A stretch of DNA of 64,000 bases, from contig CAYPBU010000002.1 in the NCBI GenBank assembly GCA_964409045.1, forward strand, positions 3,160-67,159. Reading direction: 5' to 3'. The translations under genes were made by a program, and so were the position numbers. Numbering within the stretch: the first letter of the stretch is position 1; each line of letters starts with the position of its first letter. The notes beneath the pieces were generated by a model. That model saw only the letters and a list, made by a program, of their open reading frames with translations. It ran no database searches and had not been told where the DNA came from. Shown one piece after another: positions 18,679-26,833 of the stretch. The DNA comes from an uncultured Anaerolineaceae bacterium. GTDB taxonomy: Bacteria > Chloroflexota > Anaerolineae > Anaerolineales > Anaerolineaceae.

Positions 18679-19311
18679 TTATCCTCCCACTTGTGGTTGG
18701 CATTCGCAACCGGCTGCTTTGAAATCCCGGTAAAGGAAGAGACAACCGATCATAAACCCTAATTGACCCAGGGCATTAATGCTCTCTTCGATCCATTGCA
18801 TGGTCAGGGTCTGTGGCGCGCTGGCCAGTGCGCCCATTGCCAGGAGCCCCAACACGCCTACCACGAAGCCAATTGCAGCCTTTGGACACTTGCGTTTGAA
18901 TGAAATATATGCCAGGATGCCTTCAGCTCCCAGGCTGGTGAGGGTCATCAAAAATAGGAATGGGATTTTCCAGGCAGCCATGGCGAATACTGGACCGCCT
19001 GCCTGCGCCTTCTGAGAGTTACGGATCATGGACAGCATGGCTATAAATATCGCGAGAAAGCCGATTGAGGAGAACACGAACTGACCCTGGTTCATCCATT
19101 GGATGTCAGCGATCTTTGCGGCGACGAGGAATTTCCAGATAGCCTTGAAAGTTCCGCCAAGAAAGATCAACAGTCCACCAGCCATCAACATTCGGCTGCA
19201 TGGCCTACCGCGGCAAATCAAACCGGCTTTCACTAAGAAGAACGCCCCAACCAGGAAAGCGGTTGTTGGAACAAAATCAAAAAGGGCGAGAGATATGGGG
19301 TATGTTTCCAC
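18679..19311 (-). CDS. Integral membrane protein, unknown function
   Basis: 210 aa with about six hydrophobic segments. It abuts the downstream gene (stop/start adjacent at 18678/18679). It probably uses a GTG start. Confidence 0.65.
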   Translation of the reverse strand: METYPISLALFDFVPTTAFLVGAFFLVKAGLICRGRPCSRMLMAGGLLIFLGGTFKAIWKFLVAAKIADIQWMNQGQFVFSSIGFLAIFIAMLSMIRNSQKAQAGGPVFAMAAWKIPFLFLMTLTSLGAEGILAYISFKRKCPKAAIGFVVGVLGLLAMGALASAPQTLTMQWIEESINALGQLGFMIGCLFLYRDFKAAGCECQPQVGG

Positions 19312-19314
19312 TTA

Positions 19315-19560
19315 TTATATTCCCTTCTGTATAATTTTCCTGTCCACAATCAATCCCCAAATAGCAACACCTGCCGATAGGATTGCTACCAGGATGAATG
19401 GTCCCTGGTACGACCAGTGGTCGAAAAGCCAACCACCTAGCAAGAAAGCCAGCATGATTCCCAGGGATCCACAGAAACCGTAAAAGCCCATCAAAGGTTG
19501 CAGGCGAATTGGCCCCCATTGTACAGATTGAATTTTCTCAAGGTTGGTCGGATCATTCAT
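19315..19560 (-). CDS. Small membrane protein resembling the last two TMs of an MFS transporter (possible gene remnant)
   Basis: 81 aa. 'GSLGIMLAFLLGGWLFDHWSYQGPFILVAILS' looks like an MFS C-terminus. No matching N-terminal part lies upstream; a terminator is there instead. Confidence 0.4.
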   Translation of the reverse strand: MNDPTNLEKIQSVQWGPIRLQPLMGFYGFCGSLGIMLAFLLGGWLFDHWSYQGPFILVAILSAGVAIWGLIVDRKIIQKGI

Positions 19561-19574
19561 AAGTTCAATCCTGT

Positions 19575-19610
19575 AAAAAAGGAGGAGGGTGGAACGTCAC
19601 CACCCTCCTC
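19575..19610 (-). terminator. Rho-independent terminator after the DUF35 gene
   Basis: An 11-bp GC-rich stem (19582-19592 / 19600-19610) has a 7-nt loop. AAAAAA on the plus strand (19575-19580) gives a U-tract on the minus-strand transcript. Confidence 0.75.
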
Positions 19611-19618
19611 ACGAAAGT

Positions 19619-20065
19619 TTACTTGTCCAGCACGAACCCAAAGCCATACACCCAGGCACCGGTATCCTCGCGCTTATGTTTGCGCAGGATCATCCTTACC
19701 CGATGCCCTGGTTGAACCTCGGCTGGATCGGTTACCTGCAGGATATCCACCATCACGTGAATGCCGTCATCCAATCGTACAATAGCTTGCACCCGGGGCA
19801 TAGCGTCGCCGTAGCCAATGGCTGGGAAGCCCACATCGTCCAGCGCTACGATGACAATCTCGCCTTGTTGAGCACATGGATAAGGTTCCATGGCACGTTC
19901 GTGACAGGTCGGACAGATCAAACCGGTGCGGGGAGGGAAAAACTTTTCACCGCAATGGCTGCAGCGGGTACCTTCGAGGCGGTAACGTCCGGACTTGGTA
20001 CGATACCACAGGGCTGAGGAAAAAGTGTCCCAACGGACAAATTGTTCAGGGAATTGGTCGCTCAT
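19619..20065 (-). CDS. DUF35 Zn-ribbon/OB-fold protein
   Basis: The Zn ribbon is 'RCSHCGEKFFPPRTGLICPTCH', followed by an OB-fold-like C-terminus. It sits directly downstream of a thiolase, as in the archaeal thiolase/HMGCS/DUF35 trio. Confidence 0.85.
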   Translation of the reverse strand: MSDQFPEQFVRWDTFSSALWYRTKSGRYRLEGTRCSHCGEKFFPPRTGLICPTCHERAMEPYPCAQQGEIVIVALDDVGFPAIGYGDAMPRVQAIVRLDDGIHVMVDILQVTDPAEVQPGHRVRMILRKHKREDTGAWVYGFGFVLDK

Positions 20066-20068
20066 GAG

Positions 20069-21262
20069 CTACCAGCCTTTCTGTACCACACCCACCGCGT
20101 CGAGCGAGTGGTGCGTGCCGTAAGAAGTATTAACACCCACACGGGCATCTTTAACCTGGCGTTCGCCAGCTTTGCCGGTGATCTGCCAGTAGTTTTCGAG
20201 CACACCAGCCTGGAAATCAGAACCAGCTGAACCATGCCCAAAGGCTGGTCCACCGCCATAAGTGTTGATGGGGCAGTGGCTGTTGAGTGTCATTCCACCG
20301 GAAAGGACATAGTCCTTACCCTGACCGATACCGCAAACCCCGATGGCTTCAATTGCCATCATACCCTCGTACGCAGTCAGGTCGTGCACCTGTACCAGGT
20401 CCACATCTTCCTTGCTGATACCCGCGATGTCGTATGCTTCCTTGGCTGCCGCAATCAAACCAGGTAATTCAGCCAAATCGTAGTCTTTCATGCTCTCGAC
20501 TGGATAATTAAAGAAATTACCAATATATGGTGGACGGAAGGCATATGCCACATCAAAGACCACAGGCTTACTTGTGAACTTGCTGGCCAGTTCTTCACCC
20601 ACAAATACCATCGCGCTAGCCACGCCGCCACGATTGGTAGCTTGCCGGTCGCGATCGGCTTCGGGCGTATCTGCACATAACTCCTCAAGCACGGGCATAG
20701 GTTTACTAAAGTTGGCGGCAAGTGGGTTTCGGCGGGCGTACCAGTTGCACTCGTAAGCCCATTGACCAGCCGCCGTAATAGGCACATCGTATTTGCGCCG
20801 GTAGTAAGCATCGCGCATCGAGCTGTAATTTATGTGCGTCATACCCAGCATATAATCAAAATCCACATAATTGCCTTGCGTGTTCATGGCTTCCATCGCG
20901 TCATAGTTATCTGAACGGGCAAAACCCATTGAGACCACTATATCGCAACGGCCGGAGGCAATAGCGTTCCATGCTACGTAAGAAGCAATCCCATTGCCAG
21001 CACAGGCATTAGCGATTGGCACAACTGGCTTGGGCAGGATTCCCAGGGCGTCAGCGATTTGTGGACCGGGAGACGAGTCAGCAATGGCGCGGTCGTTATA
21101 GTTGCATGCCACCAGGTCAACGTCTTTAATCGGTATTCCAGCGTCTTTAAGCGCATTCCAAAATGCTTCGGCTGCCATCTGCCGCCAAGTCCAATCCATA
21201 GGGATGCCTGGGGGTGTGATTGCACCGCCTACCATAATCACTTTGCGGTTAATTTTTCCCAT
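20069..21262 (-). CDS. Thiolase-fold protein (SCP-x / archaeal acetoacetyl-CoA thiolase type)
   Basis: 397 aa. 'IANACAGNGIASY' holds the nucleophile Cys region, and 'GGGPAFGHGSAGSD' is in the C-terminus. Confidence 0.85.
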   Translation of the reverse strand: MGKINRKVIMVGGAITPPGIPMDWTWRQMAAEAFWNALKDAGIPIKDVDLVACNYNDRAIADSSPGPQIADALGILPKPVVPIANACAGNGIASYVAWNAIASGRCDIVVSMGFARSDNYDAMEAMNTQGNYVDFDYMLGMTHINYSSMRDAYYRRKYDVPITAAGQWAYECNWYARRNPLAANFSKPMPVLEELCADTPEADRDRQATNRGGVASAMVFVGEELASKFTSKPVVFDVAYAFRPPYIGNFFNYPVESMKDYDLAELPGLIAAAKEAYDIAGISKEDVDLVQVHDLTAYEGMMAIEAIGVCGIGQGKDYVLSGGMTLNSHCPINTYGGGPAFGHGSAGSDFQAGVLENYWQITGKAGERQVKDARVGVNTSYGTHHSLDAVGVVQKGW

Positions 21263-21278
21263 AATATGTGCCTCTGGC

Positions 21279-22361
21279 TCAATAGTAGTTGGATAAACGG
21301 TGTGGCGATTGGATCAGTTTCTGCTCGTACTTGATCATGGTTGCATAATCCACCATGATTTTGTCTTCCAGTTGCTCAATCACCAAGCCGCTCTGTGGGC
21401 GACGTTCAGCCAGGGCTTCGGTGCAAACCAATGACCAGGCATCGCAACCTGCCCCAGCTCCGTAATCGATCACGCCGATTCGCTCGTTGGGCTCGGCAAA
21501 ATCAAGGATATGCGCCAGTGAGAGCGGCACGCCTGCCGCGCCACAATCACCAATTTGGGATGTCAGCACGTAAGGCAGCACCTGCATCATATCCAACTCC
21601 AGCTTTCCCATTGTCATCAAAGGCCGCACACCGGTTTTCTGTGGAACGGCAAACTTGGAGAAATCAGCTGGGGTTAAGCCGGTCTTTTTGAAAAGCGCTT
21701 GCCCGGCAGGCACAATGTGGTCAAGTAATCCCCAGTTGGAAACCCAACCATAGAAGCCAGCACCAGACTGGATGTAGCGTTCACCCTCGGTACGGAAGTA
21801 ATCGTTCTGATCATGCGTGTGAGAAGCCCTGGCTTCCAACAGTGCAATTACATTCTCTTTACCAAGAATGAAAGCCACCGCGGCAGCTGAAGCGACATAC
21901 TCAAGCACCATTCCAGGCTGTGTGTGGCGGTTAATTGTGTCAGCGCCGATGACCAGGGCATAGTCAATTTGCCCGGATTCGATCATACCGGCAGCAAGCC
22001 ACAGGGCAGTCGAACCGGATTTGTCAGCGCATTGAACATCAACCGCCATGATACTAGAAGGTAAACCCAACGCATCCACCAAGACGGTCGCGGCTGCTTT
22101 GGTGGCATACGGACTGGTGCCCGTGCCAAGCAGAACAGCGCCAATTTTGCCGGGTTCCACGCCGCCACGCTCCAGCGCCTGTCGGGCTGCGGCCGCAGCC
22201 AAGGTCAGGGTGTCTTCTTCCGGACCCAAGACGCCGCGTTCTCCGATGGAAAGCATATCGAAGAAACTGGTCGCGAGGTTTTTCCAAACCCGCCAAATCT
22301 CGCCGGCTTCGATACGATATATGGGTACTGCAACACCATACGAAACAATACCTGTATTCAA
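21279..22361 (-). CDS. HMG-CoA synthase-like / KAS-III-like condensing enzyme (archaeal HMGCS type)
   Basis: The N-terminus 'GIVSYGVAVPIYRIEAGEIW' is like archaeal HMGCS, and an active-site Cys context 'VDVQCADKSGSTAL' is present. 360 aa. Confidence 0.8.
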   Translation of the reverse strand: MNTGIVSYGVAVPIYRIEAGEIWRVWKNLATSFFDMLSIGERGVLGPEEDTLTLAAAAARQALERGGVEPGKIGAVLLGTGTSPYATKAAATVLVDALGLPSSIMAVDVQCADKSGSTALWLAAGMIESGQIDYALVIGADTINRHTQPGMVLEYVASAAAVAFILGKENVIALLEARASHTHDQNDYFRTEGERYIQSGAGFYGWVSNWGLLDHIVPAGQALFKKTGLTPADFSKFAVPQKTGVRPLMTMGKLELDMMQVLPYVLTSQIGDCGAAGVPLSLAHILDFAEPNERIGVIDYGAGAGCDAWSLVCTEALAERRPQSGLVIEQLEDKIMVDYATMIKYEQKLIQSPHRLSNYY

Positions 22362-22421
22362 TGGACCTCCTGAAAGGAACCTATATAAAGCGGTATTAGA
22401 ATTTTCCCTATTAAATTTGTC

Positions 22422-22754
22422 TTAGCTCTTTTTTGGCAGATTCCACAAGCCGGAGAAGGCAATGGCGTCCATCATCGGACCCTGCATCTTTAACAGCTTG
22501 GCATTGACCAATTTCATTGGTGGAGTTTCGCCAGTGAACATCTGCACGATATATTCGCTGTTGCCCAGGATAGTCAACTTTGCAGGTTTGGTGCTGCCTT
22601 CTTCCACGGAAGCCTTGCCATCCTGTATGGTTAGCGTCCATTTTGAAGGTTCTGCGCCGCCTAGATCGAACAGAATCACGCGGTTCCAACCCTTGGCTTT
22701 CTCTGGTCTAAAAAGGGCTGGCAGGCTTTGAATAACTTCATTGATTGTTGGCAT
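22422..22754 (-). CDS. SCP2 sterol/lipid-carrier domain protein
   Basis: 110 aa. 'ILFDLGGAEPSKWTLTIQDGKASVEEG' and 'NAKLLKMQGPMMDAIAFSGLW' fit the SCP2 fold pattern. Confidence 0.75.
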   Translation of the reverse strand: MPTINEVIQSLPALFRPEKAKGWNRVILFDLGGAEPSKWTLTIQDGKASVEEGSTKPAKLTILGNSEYIVQMFTGETPPMKLVNAKLLKMQGPMMDAIAFSGLWNLPKKS

Positions 22755-22784
22755 AACGTTTTCTCCTTTTTCTAAATATGTTTC

Positions 22785-23828
22785 TTAATCTACTGAACCA
22801 AATACCTTTTCCTGGACCATCATGATCCGTTCCATGTCATCGGCAGGGGTTGTGGTCAGTTCGAAGACACAGCTTTTTGCATCTGGGTGCATTGCGAGCG
22901 ATTTAAGCAGTTTATAACTCGGTGACACCATGGGGGGCATGGTGATCATCATGGTTGCCTGTCCGTGAACCTCATCGAAACGGCAAATACCGTAGCCGAG
23001 GACGAATCGTGGCAAATTATTCCACTCTTCCACCCGGCGATAGATGCCTGCCAGCTCGCAGTTTTTCAAGATACTGGTCCTTATCGTTTTCTCGCCTTCT
23101 TCGCGATCTTCACCCTTGACGTAGTACTGATCGGCAAACATGCCTCGCAATCCCAGTTCCATCAGATCGCCGATATCTTCAAAACCTGCAGCCGGCAAAA
23201 CCGTGGCAAAGAATTCACGCGAGATATCCCACATAAATGATTCCGACATCGTGTCTACCGCGTTGTGAAGTGCTTCCACGCCTTCACGCTTGACCAATGC
23301 TGCCGCATTGACGCCCCCGCGGATGAGGTACTTGTTGTAGTTGGAGACAGAGCGCAGGCAGGAGTTGAACCAACCTTCCACGAGGTCGGCATCCAGGGCG
23401 CCAACCTCCAGGCCGGCCAGGCTGGCTTGTTGCCGCTCGCGCATTACCTCTGCCCAGTTGGCAGGGGTCTCCCATCCAGTTGCCGCCAGAGCATCGATTC
23501 TCTCAACCGGCACAATCCCATCACGTACGACGAGTTCCTTCATATCCGCGACATAGCGATTATGGAATTCCTTTCCCTGTGCCACAAGTTCGGGATCGTC
23601 CATCCAATCGACGTGGTTAGCTCCTCGCAAGAGAGTTTTGCAACGCAATTTCATCTCATGTTCCACGGATGTCCAATAGGCTGCCATCACCCGCATGCCG
23701 GGAAAGACATCCTCATTTGGTAGATCCTCGCCGTTGTAGAATTCGTCTAACCGATTTTCCGACAGCAATTTGCGGGCGTGTTTGAGGTTGGCTGCCCATT
23801 TATGATTGTGATATTCATCGAAAAACAT
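22785..23828 (-). CDS. Hypothetical protein (347 aa), unknown function
   Basis: A long ORF and the first structural gene after the XRE-cupin regulator. I recognise no motif. Confidence 0.7.
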   Translation of the reverse strand: MFFDEYHNHKWAANLKHARKLLSENRLDEFYNGEDLPNEDVFPGMRVMAAYWTSVEHEMKLRCKTLLRGANHVDWMDDPELVAQGKEFHNRYVADMKELVVRDGIVPVERIDALAATGWETPANWAEVMRERQQASLAGLEVGALDADLVEGWFNSCLRSVSNYNKYLIRGGVNAAALVKREGVEALHNAVDTMSESFMWDISREFFATVLPAAGFEDIGDLMELGLRGMFADQYYVKGEDREEGEKTIRTSILKNCELAGIYRRVEEWNNLPRFVLGYGICRFDEVHGQATMMITMPPMVSPSYKLLKSLAMHPDAKSCVFELTTTPADDMERIMMVQEKVFGSVD

Positions 23829-23852
23829 GCTTGCTCCTCTTCTTTGTGATCG

Positions 23853-24464
23853 TTATTTCCGCTCTCCCATTACCCAGGATCCCTGGCGAGCTTGGATCAG
23901 ATCGTCCAGTGAACTGGTGGGGGGAGCTGTGATGACGATAAGTAACAGGGGTTGCTCAGAACTTGTGTTTCCAAACCGACGATGGGGAACGTTTACGTAG
24001 TACGCCAGATCGCCTTCACCAAGAAGAAGTTCATCCCCGGTTTCTGAAATAAGGCGGGCTTGTCCCTGTAAGACATAGACAAGAGTGTCTGCCTCATGCT
24101 TGCGGAAGTGAGGTTCTTCCTCTCCAGCTGAAATGTGTACAAGTAAAGGTTCAATTCGGGCATTTGGGCTATTTGTGAGCAGGGTGACTGCAGCAGGACC
24201 AACGCCGATTCCGTCCATACTTTTTAGGATTTCATCCCTTCGTATGACCCGAACAGGCATCTCCTCAGGTCCACTGAAGAAATGCACCATGTGTATCTGG
24301 TAATATCGGGCAAGTTTCTCTAAATTATCAACACTGATGGATACTTTATCGCGTTCCAACATGCTCAGGAAGGATACCGATAAGCCTGTATCGTTCGCCA
24401 CTTTTTCGAGCGTGAGGTTGCGAGATTGCCGTAGGTCACGTATGCGAGAGCCGATATTTGGCAT
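23853..24464 (-). CDS. XRE-family HTH regulator with a C-terminal cupin domain
   Basis: The HTH is 'IRDLRQSRNLTLEKVANDTGLSVSFLSMLERDK'. The cupin-like C-terminus contains 'HFRKHEADTLVYVLQGQARL'. Confidence 0.85.
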   Translation of the reverse strand: MPNIGSRIRDLRQSRNLTLEKVANDTGLSVSFLSMLERDKVSISVDNLEKLARYYQIHMVHFFSGPEEMPVRVIRRDEILKSMDGIGVGPAAVTLLTNSPNARIEPLLVHISAGEEEPHFRKHEADTLVYVLQGQARLISETGDELLLGEGDLAYYVNVPHRRFGNTSSEQPLLLIVITAPPTSSLDDLIQARQGSWVMGERK

Positions 24465-24575
24465 GTGTCACCTCTTTTCAAAATATGGAAAAATTTCAAT
24501 ATCATGCTATCAACAGTCATGAGTTTTGTTAATAGAGAAAAATTTAGTGAATATTGAAATTGTACTTTTCTTGGG

Positions 24576-24617
24576 ATAAAAAGAGCCAGCAATCCGCAAA
24601 TAGGCGAACCACTGGCT
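24576..24617 (-). terminator. Probable terminator after the alpha/beta-hydrolase gene
   Basis: The stem AGCCAG (24584-24589) / CTGGCT (24612-24617) has extra wobble pairs. It is followed on the minus strand by CTTTTTAT. Confidence 0.4.
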
Positions 24618-24644
24618 GTTGTCTATTGATTATCGAATTGTGCC

Positions 24645-25382
24645 CTATTTCAGGTTGCCCAACAACTCCACCGTACTGGCAATAACCAGTTCCTGCTGCT
24701 CCTGGCGCGAGATAACGGCCGGGTTATCACCAGCCTGGTCACCGTACCAGCCAAATTGTGCGTGATTACCGCCGGAAATTCGGACCCATTGTGTATCTGC
24801 GGGTAATAGTAACCGCGAGGCATCGATATCTTCACCCGTGGTTAGGCCATCGTACTCGCTGTAAACTGATAAAACCCGCAGCCCTGACGCAGACAGGTTG
24901 TCACTTGAAGCTGGGTAAGAAGCCCATAGCACCAGTCCATCCACTGCATTGGGATTTTTCATGGCAAAGTTGGCCGCCATGGCCCCTCCCAGCGAGTGAC
25001 CTCCCACCGCCCAGTGGGTAATTTGTGGGAAAGCTGCCAGAACCCGGGCGGCCGCTTCGGCATCAAAAACAGCAAAATTGAGCGGCATGTCTACCAGAAC
25101 CACAAGGTATCCCTGGGCAGCGATCTGATGAGCAGCCGGAGCATACGCCCGGTAATCGACCCTCCCACCGGGGTAAAGCACCAAGCCGGTATCGGGTTGG
25201 GCTGCAACTGGGCTGAAAGTTAGCCAGCGGTCGCTCGAAACCGTCACCTGGGCATCCGACTGCAAGGCACTCAACGCTTCGGGCATGGGACGTGCGGCTG
25301 CCTCACCCCAAACCACAAAAGCGGCTGCGCTAGCCAGCAGCACCCCCAAAATAATCAAAACAATGCGGACACTCTTTCGCAT
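24645..25382 (-). CDS. Membrane-anchored alpha/beta hydrolase
   Basis: The nucleophile elbow is 'GGHSLGG' and the N-terminal TM is 'VRIVLIILGVLLASAAAFVV'. I prefer the ATG at 25382 (MRKSV...). Confidence 0.8.
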   Translation of the reverse strand: MRKSVRIVLIILGVLLASAAAFVVWGEAAARPMPEALSALQSDAQVTVSSDRWLTFSPVAAQPDTGLVLYPGGRVDYRAYAPAAHQIAAQGYLVVLVDMPLNFAVFDAEAAARVLAAFPQITHWAVGGHSLGGAMAANFAMKNPNAVDGLVLWASYPASSDNLSASGLRVLSVYSEYDGLTTGEDIDASRLLLPADTQWVRISGGNHAQFGWYGDQAGDNPAVISRQEQQELVIASTVELLGNLK

Positions 25383-25641
25383 GGATCTGTCCTCCGTCGA
25401 TAGTATTATAGTGGAATCCCCCCGACGCAACAATTTTCCAACCCCGACGATTTACGCAGATTTTATTAGTTGCAAAACAAAATCCATATTATGAACAATT
25501 AGTGTGAGCTTAGGTTGGACACCAGCTATAAACCGCAAGGGGGTTACGGTTATAATGCCAACCTAGCCTGCCTTTGACACAGAACCCCTGGGCTTTCTGT
25601 GCCGGGTCGATAGAGCGAATAATGTTTGTAGAGGATTTGAA

Positions 25642-26547
25642 ATGGAACAACCACCTGTGATTGAAATTATCGAATTTACCGACCCGGTCTGCACTTGGTG
25701 TTGGGGCAGCGAGCCTGTTTTGCGAAAGCTGGAGACGCATTATGGCGATCAGCTGCGAATTGGGTTTGTCATGGGTGGCTTGGTCAAAGATATCCGCGAT
25801 TTTTACGACAGTCACGCTGGTATCGGAGGAGATGCCGAGCAATCAAACGCCCAGATAGTCAAGCACTGGCTGGAGGCTTCTGAGCGGCATGGTATGCCCG
25901 TTAAAAGTGAGGGATTCCGCTTGTTTTCGAACGAATACCTCTCCACCTGCCCACAAAATATTGCTTACAAAGCCGCACAAATGGAAGATCAAGCCCTGGC
26001 GGATCGCTTTTTGCGCCGCATACGCGAAGCCAGCGCGGCTGAAGCCCGGCAGACGAGCCGGCTGGAAATACTGATCGAGCTGGCTGCCGAGGTGGGTCTG
26101 GATGTAGCTGCTTTTATCGAACGAATGAACGACGGCTCAGCCGTAGCGGCCTTTGAGGATGATTTACGCCTCACTGCGGACTATGGCGCGCAAGGTTTTC
26201 CAACCTTCCTGGTGAAGTACGGCGAAAAAGGCATTCTCCTAAGAGGCTATCAGCGCTACGCGTCCTTCCAGGCGGTCATCAAAACGCTTGCGGGAGAGGT
26301 AATCCGTGAGCAAGCTCCAGAAAAGAGTGAAGAAAATGTGCTCGCCTTCGTCCAAAAGCATGGCAGGGTTGCGCCTGTCGAAATCCAAACAGCTTTTAAC
26401 CTTTCAGCCGCTGAACAGCAACAATTGGTAGACTCTCTCCTCTCCAAGCAATTGATCAGCATCACACCGGCAGGGAATGGTTGGTTTATCCAGCGTACTG
26501 CCAACCCGCTGGTGTGTGATCCGGTGACAGGTCTTTGCGTGAATTAA
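25642..26547 (+). CDS. DsbA-family thioredoxin-fold protein
   Basis: The 'FTDPVCTWCW' CxxC motif is near the N-terminus, and 'GFPTFLV' is typical of DsbA-like proteins. 301 aa. Confidence 0.8.
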   Translation: MEQPPVIEIIEFTDPVCTWCWGSEPVLRKLETHYGDQLRIGFVMGGLVKDIRDFYDSHAGIGGDAEQSNAQIVKHWLEASERHGMPVKSEGFRLFSNEYLSTCPQNIAYKAAQMEDQALADRFLRRIREASAAEARQTSRLEILIELAAEVGLDVAAFIERMNDGSAVAAFEDDLRLTADYGAQGFPTFLVKYGEKGILLRGYQRYASFQAVIKTLAGEVIREQAPEKSEENVLAFVQKHGRVAPVEIQTAFNLSAAEQQQLVDSLLSKQLISITPAGNGWFIQRTANPLVCDPVTGLCVN

Positions 26548-26704
26548 CTAATACCGATCGATGTCGGCTTATCCACAGGTTGCGATGGCAACAGTTGAAA
26601 AACTAACACTCAAAAATTGTACGTAAACAGTATAGTTACATATTTTTAACGAGCTTATGTTATAGTAATATCTGAACATTTACCTAAGAATGTGTTCTTA
26701 TTAG

Positions 26705-26724
26705 TAATTTCTTGCAAGAAATTA
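26705..26724. promoter_or_regulatory. Perfect 20-bp palindrome, candidate operator of the downstream sugar ABC operon
   Basis: TAATTTCTTGCAAGAAATTA lies in the AT-rich leader about 110 nt upstream of the solute-binding protein start. Confidence 0.4.
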
Positions 26725-26833
26725 TTGCATGACGAGACGTTTCAAATTTCTAAATTAGGTATTGCAGTTCTTTTCGTAGTGGAAAATATTCTTTGGTAGT
26801 TGATTGCTTACTTCAAAATGGAGGACATTCAAA

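Noticed and set aside
25511-25601. Nested inverted repeats upstream of the DsbA-like gene (TAGGTTGG/CCAACCTA enclosing AACCG/CGGTT, then CACAGAA/TTCTGTG) as a possible riboswitch
   Set aside because: The inner arm contains a TATAAT box, so part of the region is probably promoter DNA rather than transcript. It bears no resemblance to any RNA family I know. The evidence is too weak.
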